This document shows, piece by piece, positions 36,483 through 45,520 of a stretch of 53,789 nucleotides of DNA. Each line of letters starts with the position of its first letter. Within the stretch, counting starts at the first letter, position 1. Made by a program: the position numbers and the translations under genes. The notes under the pieces were generated by a model. The model saw nothing but the letters and a program-made list of their open reading frames with translations. It had not been told where the DNA came from and searched no databases. The stretch covers positions 1 to 53,789 of the forward strand of contig JBEBDN010000146.1 of assembly GCA_041156945.1 (NCBI GenBank), in the 5' to 3' direction. The DNA comes from Verrucomicrobiota bacterium (GTDB taxonomy: Bacteria > Verrucomicrobiota > Verrucomicrobiia > Opitutales > UBA953).

Positions 36483-38581
36483 GGGACCCGCTCCAGGCGG
36501 AGGCGCTGCCTTCCTCGCCCATCGCCAAGGCCCGGCTTTACCTGGTCTTCGCCCTCTTCGCCGTCGGTTTCGCCTACGTGGTGATCGGCCTCGGACTCCG
36601 GCAGCTGATCCAGACCGGGGACCTCAAGGCCCAGTACGAGACCCAGAGCCGTCGCGTCGTCCTCCGTCCGCCGTCGCGCGGACTCATCTACGACCGCAAC
36701 GGCTACGTGTTGGTCGAGAACCGGATCCGCTGGAGCATCAAGGCGGACCTCCTGGCCCTGCAGCCGGAGATCCACCGCAAGTACCTCGCCCTGATCAAGG
36801 CCGAGCGGGCCCGCGGCGCGCCCGTCGAGTACGACAAGCTCCAGGATAAGGCCCGGCTGGACGTCCTCCAGGGCTGGCTCGACCGCGTCTGGTACGTCAT
36901 CGACGAGTCGCAGCCGAACAAGCGCGGCGGCGCGAAGCCCCGGCCGGTCCGCCCGGAGGACGAGCCGGAACGCCGCGTCAACGCCGCCGACCTCAAGAAG
37001 CACCTGCGCGAGCGGCGGGCCCTGCCGTTCATCCTGGTCACGGACCTCGCGTTCCCGGGCACGGCGCGGGCGCTGCGCCCGGAGGAAGGCCAGCGCACCA
37101 TCGCGCGCTTCATCGACCAGTTCCCCGTCAACGGCCCGATCTCCCTGCAGTCCGACATCGTGCGTTCCTACCCGCACGGCAGCCTGGCGGCCCATGTCCT
37201 CGGTTACATCAAGGATACCGACGAACTGCCCGAGAAGGTGAACGAGCTGTCGGACCTGCCGATGGACAACCTGCAGAAACTCCAGTACACCGGCAAGAAG
37301 GGCGCCGCGGGCATCGAACAGACCTTCGACGCGGTCCTCAAGGGCATGAGCGGCTGGGAACTGTGGACCAAGACCTCCTCCGGCTACAACAAGGAGCTCA
37401 TCGCCAGCAATCCCGCCCAGCAGGGGTCGGCGGTGAACCTCTCCCTCGACCGCGACATCCAGTGCGCGGCCGAGCGGGCGCTGGCCCAGATCAAGGACTC
37501 CAAGGGCGAACTCCTCCCCGGGGCGGCGGTCATGCTCGACGTGAACACCGGCGAGATCCTGGCGCTCGCGAGCCAGCCCACCTTCGACCCCAACCGGCTC
37601 GCCGACCGCGTGACGCAGGTCTACTTCGACGAGGTCGACGGCCGGGGCGGCTGGATGAACCGGGCGATCCAGGGCCTGTATGCGCCGGGCTCGACCTTCA
37701 AGGTCATCACGGCGATCGCGGGGCTCCGCCACGGCGTCGTCGACTGGGACGATATCCTGGACTGCGGACCGAGCTACCGCGTGGGCGCGCGCGACTTCCC
37801 CGAGCACGATCCCGCCGGTTACGGCCAGGTGAACCTCGAGAAGATGCTGGCCGTGTCCTGCAACGTCTGGAACTACATGGTGGGGCTCCGGCTCGGGCAG
37901 GAACGGCTCGCGGCCGAAGCCCGTCGTTTCGGCCTCGACGCACCCCTCCTCACGCACGTCTCCGACCTCGTCAACGCCAGCCCCTACGAACTGCCCTACC
38001 CGGCCTCCCGGACCTTGGTCGTGCCCGACGCGGCCTACAAGCGGCGCATCGGCGCGGGCGCCTGGACCGACGGCGACACGGCGAACTCCTCGATCGGCCA
38101 GGGCTATATCCTGACCACCCCGCTGCACATGGCGTGCGTCGCCGCCTCGCTCGCGCGCGGCGAGACCCGCACCACGCCTTCGATCGTCCACGATCCCGGC
38201 CGCGACGGCCGCCACGTGGGCGCCGAGCCGATCGGGCTGAACGACGCCCAACTGACCGCCCTGCGCTCCGGCCTCGAGCGCTGCGTCACCGAAGGGACGG
38301 CCCGTTCCGTCCGCATCCCCGAGCTGCCGTACGCGGCCAAGACGGGCACCTCCGAGTACTTCAAGAACGGCGAGAAGGCCCACCTCGCCTGGATCATCGG
38401 CTACGCGCCCGCGGACAATCCGGCCGTCGCCTTCTGCGTGCTCGTCGAGGGCCAGTTGGACACGAGCACGTGGGGCGGCAAGACGGCGGGTCCCGTGGCG
38501 CGCGACATGCTCACGACCTGGGCGCGCAAGGCGGAGGCCGCGGCGGGCGCGCCGGCGCCCTCGGACTGTCAGCGCAAATAG
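36479..38581 (+). CDS. mrdA: Penicillin-binding protein 2 (elongasome transpeptidase)
   Basis: Track ORF 36086..38581 trimmed to the ATG at 36479 (MRDPLQ..., 700 aa). N-terminal TM helix. Motifs STFK (APGSTFKV), SCN (AVSCNVW) and KTGT (AKTGTSE). Confidence 0.9.
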   Translation: MRDPLQAEALPSSPIAKARLYLVFALFAVGFAYVVIGLGLRQLIQTGDLKAQYETQSRRVVLRPPSRGLIYDRNGYVLVENRIRWSIKADLLALQPEIHRKYLALIKAERARGAPVEYDKLQDKARLDVLQGWLDRVWYVIDESQPNKRGGAKPRPVRPEDEPERRVNAADLKKHLRERRALPFILVTDLAFPGTARALRPEEGQRTIARFIDQFPVNGPISLQSDIVRSYPHGSLAAHVLGYIKDTDELPEKVNELSDLPMDNLQKLQYTGKKGAAGIEQTFDAVLKGMSGWELWTKTSSGYNKELIASNPAQQGSAVNLSLDRDIQCAAERALAQIKDSKGELLPGAAVMLDVNTGEILALASQPTFDPNRLADRVTQVYFDEVDGRGGWMNRAIQGLYAPGSTFKVITAIAGLRHGVVDWDDILDCGPSYRVGARDFPEHDPAGYGQVNLEKMLAVSCNVWNYMVGLRLGQERLAAEARRFGLDAPLLTHVSDLVNASPYELPYPASRTLVVPDAAYKRRIGAGAWTDGDTANSSIGQGYILTTPLHMACVAASLARGETRTTPSIVHDPGRDGRHVGAEPIGLNDAQLTALRSGLERCVTEGTARSVRIPELPYAAKTGTSEYFKNGEKAHLAWIIGYAPADNPAVAFCVLVEGQLDTSTWGGKTAGPVARDMLTTWARKAEAAAGAPAPSDCQRK

Positions 38582-39126
38582 ACCGGGGTGCCGACGGCTG
38601 TCCGGTCGAAGAGGTCGCGCACCGCGTCGTCCGCCAGCAGCACGCAACCGTGGCTATTGGGCGTCCCGAGCCGCGCGGCCTGGTTGGTGCCGTGCAGGTA
38701 GACGAAGCGCGCCTTGGTGTCGACGAGCCGGCCCTCCGCGTCGCGCCCGGCGTTCATCCCGGGTTCCAGTCCCTCGAGCCACAGGATGCGGGTCGTGATC
38801 AGGTTGTCCTCCGGCGCCGGGCCCTCGGTCCAGATCCGGCCGGTGGGCACGCGCGCCTTGAACACCATCCCCAAGGGAGCGCCGTCGCCGATCTTCTCGG
38901 CCACGCGGTGCAGGCCCGTCGGGGTCCGGTGGGAATCGGCCACGCAGCCGACCCCGGCCCGGGCGGTGCTGACCACGTATTCCCGGACGGCTTCCCCGGC
39001 AAAAAACCATAGTTTTTGCTGGTCAATCGACACAACGATGCAATGTTCCGCACTCGGGAGCCCGCGGGCCTTCAGGCTTTCGCCCAGCTCCTGTCGCAAC
39101 AACCAAGCTCTATCATCACATGGCAT
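38569..39126 (-). CDS. L,D-transpeptidase (YkuD) family protein without recognisable signal peptide
   Basis: 185 aa. YkuD pattern IVVSIDQQKLWFF...VSTARAG...TPTGLHRV...YLHGTN...SHGCVLL. The 3' end overlaps the mrdA 3' end by 13 nt (convergent). The exact start is uncertain: ATG at 39126, or TTG at 39102 or 39099. Confidence 0.8.
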   Translation of the reverse strand: MPCDDRAWLLRQELGESLKARGLPSAEHCIVVSIDQQKLWFFAGEAVREYVVSTARAGVGCVADSHRTPTGLHRVAEKIGDGAPLGMVFKARVPTGRIWTEGPAPEDNLITTRILWLEGLEPGMNAGRDAEGRLVDTKARFVYLHGTNQAARLGTPNSHGCVLLADDAVRDLFDRTAVGTPVYLR

Positions 39127-40139
39127 ATCGTATCGGCATCGTGGGCGTGACTGGCGCCGTGGGTCAAGAAATCCTCGCGCTGATGGCCAAGCGGAACTTC
39201 CCGGTGGCCGAACTCCGCCCCCTCGCCTCCGCCCGCTCCGCGGGGACCAAGGTCGCCTACGCCGGCCGCGAATGGACCGTCCAGGAGGCCAAGCCCGAGG
39301 CTTTCGAAGGGCTGGACTTCGCCATCTTCAGCGCCGGCGGCTCCATCTCCCTGGCCCTCGCTCCCGAGGCCGTGAAGCGCGGCTGCATCGTCATCGACAA
39401 CAGCTCGGCCTACCGGATGTACCCCGACGTCCCCCTGGTGATCCCCGAGATCAACGCCGCGGCGCTGGACGACCATAAGGGCATCCTCGCCAACCCCAAT
39501 TGCTCGACCGCCATCGCGCTGATGGGCCTCTACCCGCTCCACCGCGCCTTCGGCCTCAAGCGTTTCTTCGCCTCGACCTACCAGGCCGTGTCCGGCACCG
39601 GCGCCGAGGCCATGCGCGAGCTCGATGCGCAGGCCCGGGCGTGGGCCCGCGGCGAGTCCCTCGCCCCCAAGGTCTACCCGCACACCATCAACTTCAACCT
39701 CATCCCCCAGGTGGATTCGTTCCTCGAGGACGGCTACACCAAGGAGGAGATGAAGATGCTGAACGAAGGCCGCAAGATCATGGGCCTGCCCAACCTCAAG
39801 GTGACGACGACCTGCGTGCGCGTCCCGGTCTTCCGCGCCCACTCCATCGCGATCAGCGCCGAATTCGAGCGTCCGGTCGACCTCGCCGCCGCGCGCGCCG
39901 CCATCGCCGCCTTCCCCGGCGCCGAACTCTGCGACGACCCGGCTAACCGCAGGTACCCGATGCCGCTCGACTACGCCGGCAAGGAGAAGTGCGGCGTCGG
40001 CCGCCTGCGCAAGGACACCCTCTTCGACAACGGCCTGTCGCTCTGGGTGAGCGGCGACCAGCTCTGGAAGGGCGCCGCCCTGAACGCCATCCAGATCGCC
40101 GAGGCCCTCCACGCCCGCGGTCGCCTCGCGCGCCGCTGA
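39120..40139 (+). CDS. asd: Aspartate-semialdehyde dehydrogenase
   Basis: 339 aa. MAYRIGIVGVTGAVGQE start. Active-site block ANPNCSTAIALM. Confidence 0.95.
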   Translation: MAYRIGIVGVTGAVGQEILALMAKRNFPVAELRPLASARSAGTKVAYAGREWTVQEAKPEAFEGLDFAIFSAGGSISLALAPEAVKRGCIVIDNSSAYRMYPDVPLVIPEINAAALDDHKGILANPNCSTAIALMGLYPLHRAFGLKRFFASTYQAVSGTGAEAMRELDAQARAWARGESLAPKVYPHTINFNLIPQVDSFLEDGYTKEEMKMLNEGRKIMGLPNLKVTTTCVRVPVFRAHSIAISAEFERPVDLAAARAAIAAFPGAELCDDPANRRYPMPLDYAGKEKCGVGRLRKDTLFDNGLSLWVSGDQLWKGAALNAIQIAEALHARGRLARR

Positions 40140-40146
40140 TCCCGCC

Positions 40147-40710
40147 ATGGCCCGGAGCAACGACCGCGCGCCGCGCCATGCGGACCTCCACAAGCCGATC
40201 CGGCTGCTCGATGAGGCGGACATCCCCGGGCTGCTCGCGCAGCACAAGGACCCGCTGATCCTCGTCCTCGACGGCGTCCAGGACCCCCATAACCTCGGCG
40301 CCTGCCTCCGCACCGCCGAATGCGCCGGCTGCGCCTTCGTCATCACGACGCGCAAGAATTCCTCGCCCGTCAACGACACCGTCCGCAAGGTCGCGGTGGG
40401 CGCGGCCGAGAGCCTCCCGATCGTCCAGGCCAACAACCTGCGCAACGCCCTCGTGAAGCTCAAGGATGGCGGCGTGTGGATCGCCGGCACGAGCGACCAC
40501 AAGGCGAGCCAGTCCGTCTACCAGGCCAAGCTCACCGGCGCGCTCGCCATCGTGCTCGGCGCGGAGGGCGACGGCATCCGCCACCTGACCGCCGAGACTT
40601 GCGACTTCCTCCTGCGCATCCCGATGCTGGGCCAGGTCCCCTGCCTCAACGTCTCGGTCTCGGCCGGCGTGTGCCTGTTCGAGGCGCTACGCCAACGCGG
40701 GCATCGCTGA
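40147..40710 (+). CDS. TrmH/SpoU-family RNA 2'-O-methyltransferase (RlmB-like catalytic domain only)
   Basis: 187 aa. SpoU motifs LDGVQDPHNLGACLRTAE, IVLGAEGDGI and LNVSVSAGVCLFE. No N-terminal substrate-binding domain. Confidence 0.85.
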   Translation: MARSNDRAPRHADLHKPIRLLDEADIPGLLAQHKDPLILVLDGVQDPHNLGACLRTAECAGCAFVITTRKNSSPVNDTVRKVAVGAAESLPIVQANNLRNALVKLKDGGVWIAGTSDHKASQSVYQAKLTGALAIVLGAEGDGIRHLTAETCDFLLRIPMLGQVPCLNVSVSAGVCLFEALRQRGHR

Positions 40711-40727
40711 GGACAAAAAGTCTTTAC

Positions 40728-40749
40728 CCAAGGGCCTCCGCACCCTTGG
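40728..40749 (+). terminator. Candidate stem-loop between the methyltransferase gene and tRNA-Lys (terminator or tRNA-processing structure)
   Basis: CCAAGGG (40728..40734) pairs with CCCTTGG (40743..40749) around an 8-nt loop. It is followed only by ATT, so it is not a canonical intrinsic terminator. Confidence 0.3.
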
Positions 40750-40765
40750 ATTGGGGCGTTCGGAC

Positions 40766-40837
40766 GGCCGGATAGCTCAATGGTAGAGCAGTTGACTTTT
40801 AATCAATTGGTTCCGGGTTCGAGTCCCGGTCCGGCCA
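40766..40837 (+). tRNA. tRNA-Lys (anticodon UUU)
   Basis: 72 nt, folded by hand. Acceptor GGCCGGA/TCCGGCC. D-arm GCTC-AATGGTA-GAGC. Anticodon arm GTTGA-CTTTTAA-TCAAT. T-arm CCGGG-TTCGAGT-CCCGG. Discriminator A. CCA not encoded. Confidence 0.9.
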
Positions 40838-40937
40838 CTCCGAACGTCCCTTTCCTCGCCGCGAACGCCGGCAATCTTTGTCTTTATTTGCGCTTGAAAA
40901 GGGACGACCAACTTGCACTTATCCCTGTCTCGCTGTC

Positions 40938-41009
<72 letters not shown>

Positions 41010-41047
41010 CCAGCGAGATACTTTCGACCTCCCGGCCCGCCGGCGGG

Positions 41048-41374
41048 TCACCTTGCCGCCGGGACCGCGCGCCGACGTCGGCGGTAACGCTCCGCCATGT
41101 AGACCGAGTGGCACCCCCGGCAGTAGCTGTGATGCGTCTCGCTCGACTTGATCCAGTGGAAGCGGTCGAGGGGAAGGCGTTGCGCGCAGAGGGCGCAGAC
41201 CTTGTGCTCGGCCGCATCGCGCCGCCGCCGCCGGTCGTGCCGCCGTACCTTCAGCGAGAGGCACGGCCGGCAGAAGGGGTGCCGTTCGCCGGACGGATGG
41301 AGCGGCGGAAAGGAGGCGGGCGGTTTCGGTTTGCGGCAGCACTGGCAAGGACGCTTGGCGGGGATGGTCGGCAT
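41048..41374 (-). CDS. Orphan highly basic protein with two tandem CxxC-x21-CxxC (zinc-ribbon-like) modules
   Basis: 108 aa with an ATG at 41374. Very strong G/C preference at third codon positions in this frame. Internal duplication: CQCC-x21-CRPC...RRRRR and CALC-x21-CRGC...RRRRR. Competing ORFs in other frames lack any such pattern. Confidence 0.55.
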   Translation of the reverse strand: MPTIPAKRPCQCCRKPKPPASFPPLHPSGERHPFCRPCLSLKVRRHDRRRRRDAAEHKVCALCAQRLPLDRFHWIKSSETHHSYCRGCHSVYMAERYRRRRRAVPAAR

Positions 41375-41456
41375 GGCGCCACTAGGACGCCGTGAGTCGC
41401 ATCGGCGGGCAAGGCTTCCGGCCTAGGGTCGTTATACTAGGGATAAAACCTGTGGG

Positions 41457-43292
41457 CTACTCCACCGTGACGGACTTGGCCAGGTTGCGCGGCTGATCGA
41501 TCGGACATTCCCGGAGACGGGCGACATGGTAGGCCAGCAGCTGCAGCGCGACGGCCGCGGGGATCGTCGCGACCAAGGGGTCGCAGCCCGGAATCCACAG
41601 GACTTCGTCGGCGCCAGGGGCTTCGTCGCCCTCCGTCGCCACGGCGATGATGCAGGCGCCGCGGGCGCGGCATTCCTCGGCGTTGCCGAGCACCTTATCC
41701 CGGATGGCCGAGCGGTTGGCGAGGACGACCACCGGGGTGCCCACCGTCAGGAGGGCGATGGGACCATGCTTCAGCTCGGCCGCATGGTAACCTTCGGCGT
41801 GGACGTAGGATATCTCCTTGAGCTTGAGCGCGCCTTCCAGGGCGACGGCGTGCATCGGTCCCCGCCCGAGGTAGAACGCATGGTCCTGGCCGACGAACCG
41901 CCGGGCGACCGCCGCGATCTCCGCCTCGCGCGCGAGGACCCGGCCCACGAGTTCGGGGAGCCGCCCGAGTTCGGCGGCGAGCGCCTGGCCGCGTTCGCGG
42001 GAAAGTCTCCGTCCTCGCCCCAGGCGCAGGGCCATCAGGAGCAGGACCGCGACCTGGCAGGTGAAGGCCTTGGTCGACGCGACGGAGATCTCGGGCCCGG
42101 CATGCAGGTAGACGCCGCGCCCGGTTTCGCGGGCGATCGTCGAGCCCACCCCGTTGACGAGCCCGAGCACCAGGGCGCCCTTGTCCTTGGCCTCGCGGAC
42201 CGCGGCCAGCGTGTCGGCCGTCTCCCCGGACTGCGAGATCGCGATGACGAGGTCGGATGGGTCGACGAGCGGGTTGCGGTAGCGGAATTCCGCCGCCTGC
42301 TGCGCCGCCGCGGGCACCCCGGCCAGGTCTTCGAAGGCATGCTCGCCGACTTGTCCGGCGTGCAGGGAAGTTCCGCAGCCGAGCAGCGCGATCCGGCGGA
42401 TCTCCGCGAGGTCCCGCGGCGAGGTGCCCATGCCGGCGAGGACGGCGGTGCCGTGGGCCGGATCCAGCCGGCCGCGCAGCGCGTTGCGCAAGGCCTCGGG
42501 TTGCTCATGGATCTCCTTGAGCATGAAATGTTCGTAGCCGCCCTTCTCGACGGCCTCCGGGGCGAAGCCGAGCTCGCCCACCGCGCGGTCGATGCGCGCC
42601 TCGTCGAGGTCGACGATGTCCACCTGTTCCGCCGTGACGCGGGCCACGTCCCCGTCGTCCAGGTAGATGACGCGGCGGGTGTGCGCGATGATGGCCGCGG
42701 GGTCGGAGGCGACGAGGCACTCCCCTTCCCCGACCCCGATGACCAAGGGGCTGCCTTTGCGGGCGACGACGATCGCGCCCGGCTCGTCGCGGGACAGCAC
42801 GGCGATGCCGTAGGCGCCCTCGACCTGCCGCAGGGCCGCGATGACCGCGGCCCGCAGATCGCCCCGGTGGCATTCGCCGATGAGCCGGGCCAACGCCTCG
42901 GTGTCGGTCTCGGAGACGAACCGATGGCCCTTGGCCTCGAGGCGCGCGCGGATCGCCCGGTAGTTCTCGATGATGCCGTTATGCACCAAGGCGATCCCCT
43001 CCCCCTCCGCGAAATGGGGATGGGCGTTCGGTTCGGTCGGGGCGCCGTGGGTGGCCCAGCGGGTATGGGCGATGCCGACGCGGGGCGGCGCGGCGTCCCA
43101 GCTCGGACCGAGGCGGCGGACCTTCTCGGCCAGGCGCGCGACCTTCCCGACGGCCTTGACCGCGAGCAGCCGCCCGCCTTGGGGCAAGGCCAGCCCGGCG
43201 GAATCATAACCGCGATACTCGAGCCGCTTGAGTCCCGCCAGGAGGACCGGGATGGCGGGCGCGTTCCCGACGTAGCCGATGATGCCGCACAT
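41457..43292 (-). CDS. glmS: Glutamine--fructose-6-phosphate aminotransferase
   Basis: Track ORF trimmed to the ATG at 43292 (MCGIIGYVG, N-terminal catalytic Cys; 611 aa). Two SIS domains. Ends ...AKSVTVE. Confidence 0.95.
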   Translation of the reverse strand: MCGIIGYVGNAPAIPVLLAGLKRLEYRGYDSAGLALPQGGRLLAVKAVGKVARLAEKVRRLGPSWDAAPPRVGIAHTRWATHGAPTEPNAHPHFAEGEGIALVHNGIIENYRAIRARLEAKGHRFVSETDTEALARLIGECHRGDLRAAVIAALRQVEGAYGIAVLSRDEPGAIVVARKGSPLVIGVGEGECLVASDPAAIIAHTRRVIYLDDGDVARVTAEQVDIVDLDEARIDRAVGELGFAPEAVEKGGYEHFMLKEIHEQPEALRNALRGRLDPAHGTAVLAGMGTSPRDLAEIRRIALLGCGTSLHAGQVGEHAFEDLAGVPAAAQQAAEFRYRNPLVDPSDLVIAISQSGETADTLAAVREAKDKGALVLGLVNGVGSTIARETGRGVYLHAGPEISVASTKAFTCQVAVLLLMALRLGRGRRLSRERGQALAAELGRLPELVGRVLAREAEIAAVARRFVGQDHAFYLGRGPMHAVALEGALKLKEISYVHAEGYHAAELKHGPIALLTVGTPVVVLANRSAIRDKVLGNAEECRARGACIIAVATEGDEAPGADEVLWIPGCDPLVATIPAAVALQLLAYHVARLRECPIDQPRNLAKSVTVE

Positions 43293-43296
43293 GGCC

Positions 43297-44169
43297 TCAG
43301 GCGGGCAGGTCGGTGCGGACGATGTCGCCCGGCCGGGTGGTCGCCCCGGCCGCGAGCTTGCGGCCCGGGTAGAGCGACGTGTGGATGCCCGTGTGGACGC
43401 CGTCGCCGACGACCGCGCCGAACTTGCGTCGCCCCGTGTCGACCAGTTCGCCGGCGACGAGGGTGCGGTGGTTGCGGCCATCATGGCGCAGGTTGGACGT
43501 CAGGGTGCCGGCTCCGAAGTTCACCTTCCGGCCGAGGATGGAGTCGCCGACGTACGAGAGGTGTCCGACGTTCGTGCCGTCCATGAGGACGGAGTTCTTG
43601 ATCTCGACCGCCTGGCCGACGTGGCAGCGGTCGCCGATGCTGGTGGCTCCGCGCAGGTAGCAATTGGGGCCGATCTTGCAGTCCTCGCCGATGATGACGT
43701 CGCCTTCGATGACCACCCCGGGCAGGATCTTCGTGCCGCGCCCGACCTGCAGTCGTCCGTCGAGGGCGAGCGAAGGGTGGACCTCGGCGGCGAGCACGTA
43801 ATCGGCCTTGGCTTTGAGGCTCTGCTCGTTGGCCCGGAGGAGGTCCCACGAGTGGGCGAGCTGGAAGGACGAGGCCGCCACCTTGGATGAACCGCCGCCG
43901 CCGACCCGCCGCACCAGCACGGCGCCCTCCGCGGTCGTCAGGGACGCGGCGTCCGAACGGATGAACGCGCGAAGTTCCAAGTCGTCGAGCCAGGCCAGCC
44001 CGTCGACGACGAAAGTCGCCGGTCCGGGGGCCGCCTCGGTGAGGTCGGCCGCCGCCAGGGTGGCCCGCTGATGGTCGCCGAGCGGGCGGTTGCCGACCAC
44101 GAGATGGGCGAGCGTGAGCGGAGCGAGCCCCGGAAGCAGGGGCGGCGGGAGCAGCAGGAAGGTCTGCAT
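43297..44169 (-). CDS. GlmU-like protein: intact left-handed beta-helix acyltransferase domain, short degenerate nucleotidyltransferase-like N-domain
   Basis: 290 aa. Hexapeptide repeats (VIIGEDCKIGPNCYLRGATSIGDRCHVGQAVEIKNSVLMDGTNVGHLSYVGDSILG...). The N-terminus LLLPPPLLPGLAPLT sits where GxGTR..PLT is expected. Lies 1 nt after glmM and 4 nt before glmS. Confidence 0.8.
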   Translation of the reverse strand: MQTFLLLPPPLLPGLAPLTLAHLVVGNRPLGDHQRATLAAADLTEAAPGPATFVVDGLAWLDDLELRAFIRSDAASLTTAEGAVLVRRVGGGGSSKVAASSFQLAHSWDLLRANEQSLKAKADYVLAAEVHPSLALDGRLQVGRGTKILPGVVIEGDVIIGEDCKIGPNCYLRGATSIGDRCHVGQAVEIKNSVLMDGTNVGHLSYVGDSILGRKVNFGAGTLTSNLRHDGRNHRTLVAGELVDTGRRKFGAVVGDGVHTGIHTSLYPGRKLAAGATTRPGDIVRTDLPA

Positions 44170-44170
44170 C

Positions 44171-45520
44171 TTAGGCGAGCTCCTCTTCGATGACGCCGCG
44201 GAGACGGGCCGACCACGCGGCGACGACCTCGGCCTCGCGATGCTCGACGAGGATCCGGACCTTGTGCTCGGTGCCCGAGTAGCGGATGAGGTGCCGCCCC
44301 AGGTCGCCGAAGGCGGCGTCCGCTTCGCGCAACGTCGCCTGCAGCCGCGGCAAGGTCTCCAGCGGTGGCTTGGACCGGACCCTGAGGTTAACGAGGCTCT
44401 GGGGGTATTCGCGCATGACCTGCGCCAGCGCCGAGAGCGGGCGGCCGCTCCGCTTCATGATGCGCAGCACCTGCAGGGCGCTGAGGATGCCGTCGCCCGT
44501 GGTGGCATGGTCGGCGAAGATCAGGTGGCCGGAGTTCTCCCCGCCGAAGGAGTAGCCTCCCGCGCGCAGCGCCTCGATGACGTGGCGGTCGCCCACCGCG
44601 GTCGTGAGGACGGCGATCCCGGCGGCGCGCAGGGCCTCGTGCAGGCCCAGGTTGCTCATCACCGTGCAGGCCATCGTCGCTCCGCGCAGTTTCCCCTCCT
44701 CCATCAAGGCGAGTGCGCACAAGGTCAGGATCCGGTCGCCGGAGACGCTCGCGCCGGTCTCGTCGGTGAAGATCACGCGATCGGCGTCGCCGTCGAAGGA
44801 AATCCCGAGGTCGGCGCCCTGCTCGCGGACGACCCGCCCGGCATGGTCGGGATGCAGGGCCCCGCACCCCTCGTTGATGTTCAGGCCATCCGGTTCGACG
44901 CCGAGCTTCACGACCTTGGCGCCGAGCTCCCGGAAGATCAACGGCGCGAGCAGGTAGGCGGCGCCGTGACCGCAATCCACGACGATCTTCATCCCGGCCA
45001 GGTCGCCGGCGCCGACGCTCTGCTTGGCGTATTCGATGTAGCGACCGCGGGCGTCGTCGATGCGGGTCGCCTTGCCGATCTTGTCCGGGCTCACCCCGGG
45101 AATCTTCCCCTCGCCCAGGATCTCCCGCTCGATCGCCAGTTCCAGTTCGTCGGAAAGCTTGTAGCCATCGGGCCCGAAGATCTTGAGGCCATTATCTTCA
45201 TAGGGGTTATGGGAAGCCGTCAGCATGATCCCCGCGCCGCAACCCATCGACTTCGTCAGGTGCGCCACGCCCGGCGTCGGCATCGGGCCGACGAGGAAGA
45301 CGTCCATGCCGCTGGCGACGAGTCCGCTGGTCAGCGCGGTCTCCAGCATGTAGCCGGAGATGCGCGTATCCTTGCCGATGATGACGCGGTTATGGTTGGC
45401 GCCGTTCGATTTCAGGACCCGCGAGATTGCCTGGCCGGTGCGCAACGCGATTTCTGGGGTAATCGGGTATTCGTTCGCTTTCCCGCGAATGCCGTCCGTG
45501 CCGAAGAGTCGGGTAGTCAT
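44171..45520 (-). CDS. glmM: Phosphoglucosamine mutase
   Basis: 449 aa. LFGTDGIRGKANE start. Phosphoserine loop TASHNP. Full-length GlmM pattern. Confidence 0.95.
   Translation of the reverse strand: MTTRLFGTDGIRGKANEYPITPEIALRTGQAISRVLKSNGANHNRVIIGKDTRISGYMLETALTSGLVASGMDVFLVGPMPTPGVAHLTKSMGCGAGIMLTASHNPYEDNGLKIFGPDGYKLSDELELAIEREILGEGKIPGVSPDKIGKATRIDDARGRYIEYAKQSVGAGDLAGMKIVVDCGHGAAYLLAPLIFRELGAKVVKLGVEPDGLNINEGCGALHPDHAGRVVREQGADLGISFDGDADRVIFTDETGASVSGDRILTLCALALMEEGKLRGATMACTVMSNLGLHEALRAAGIAVLTTAVGDRHVIEALRAGGYSFGGENSGHLIFADHATTGDGILSALQVLRIMKRSGRPLSALAQVMREYPQSLVNLRVRSKPPLETLPRLQATLREADAAFGDLGRHLIRYSGTEHKVRILVEHREAEVVAAWSARLRGVIEEELA

Noticed and set aside
43293-43296. glmS ribozyme or other leader upstream of glmS
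   Set aside because: Only 4 nt separate glmS from the preceding gene, so there is no room for a ribozyme. The leader upstream of glmM is AT-rich and shows no resemblance I can recognise.
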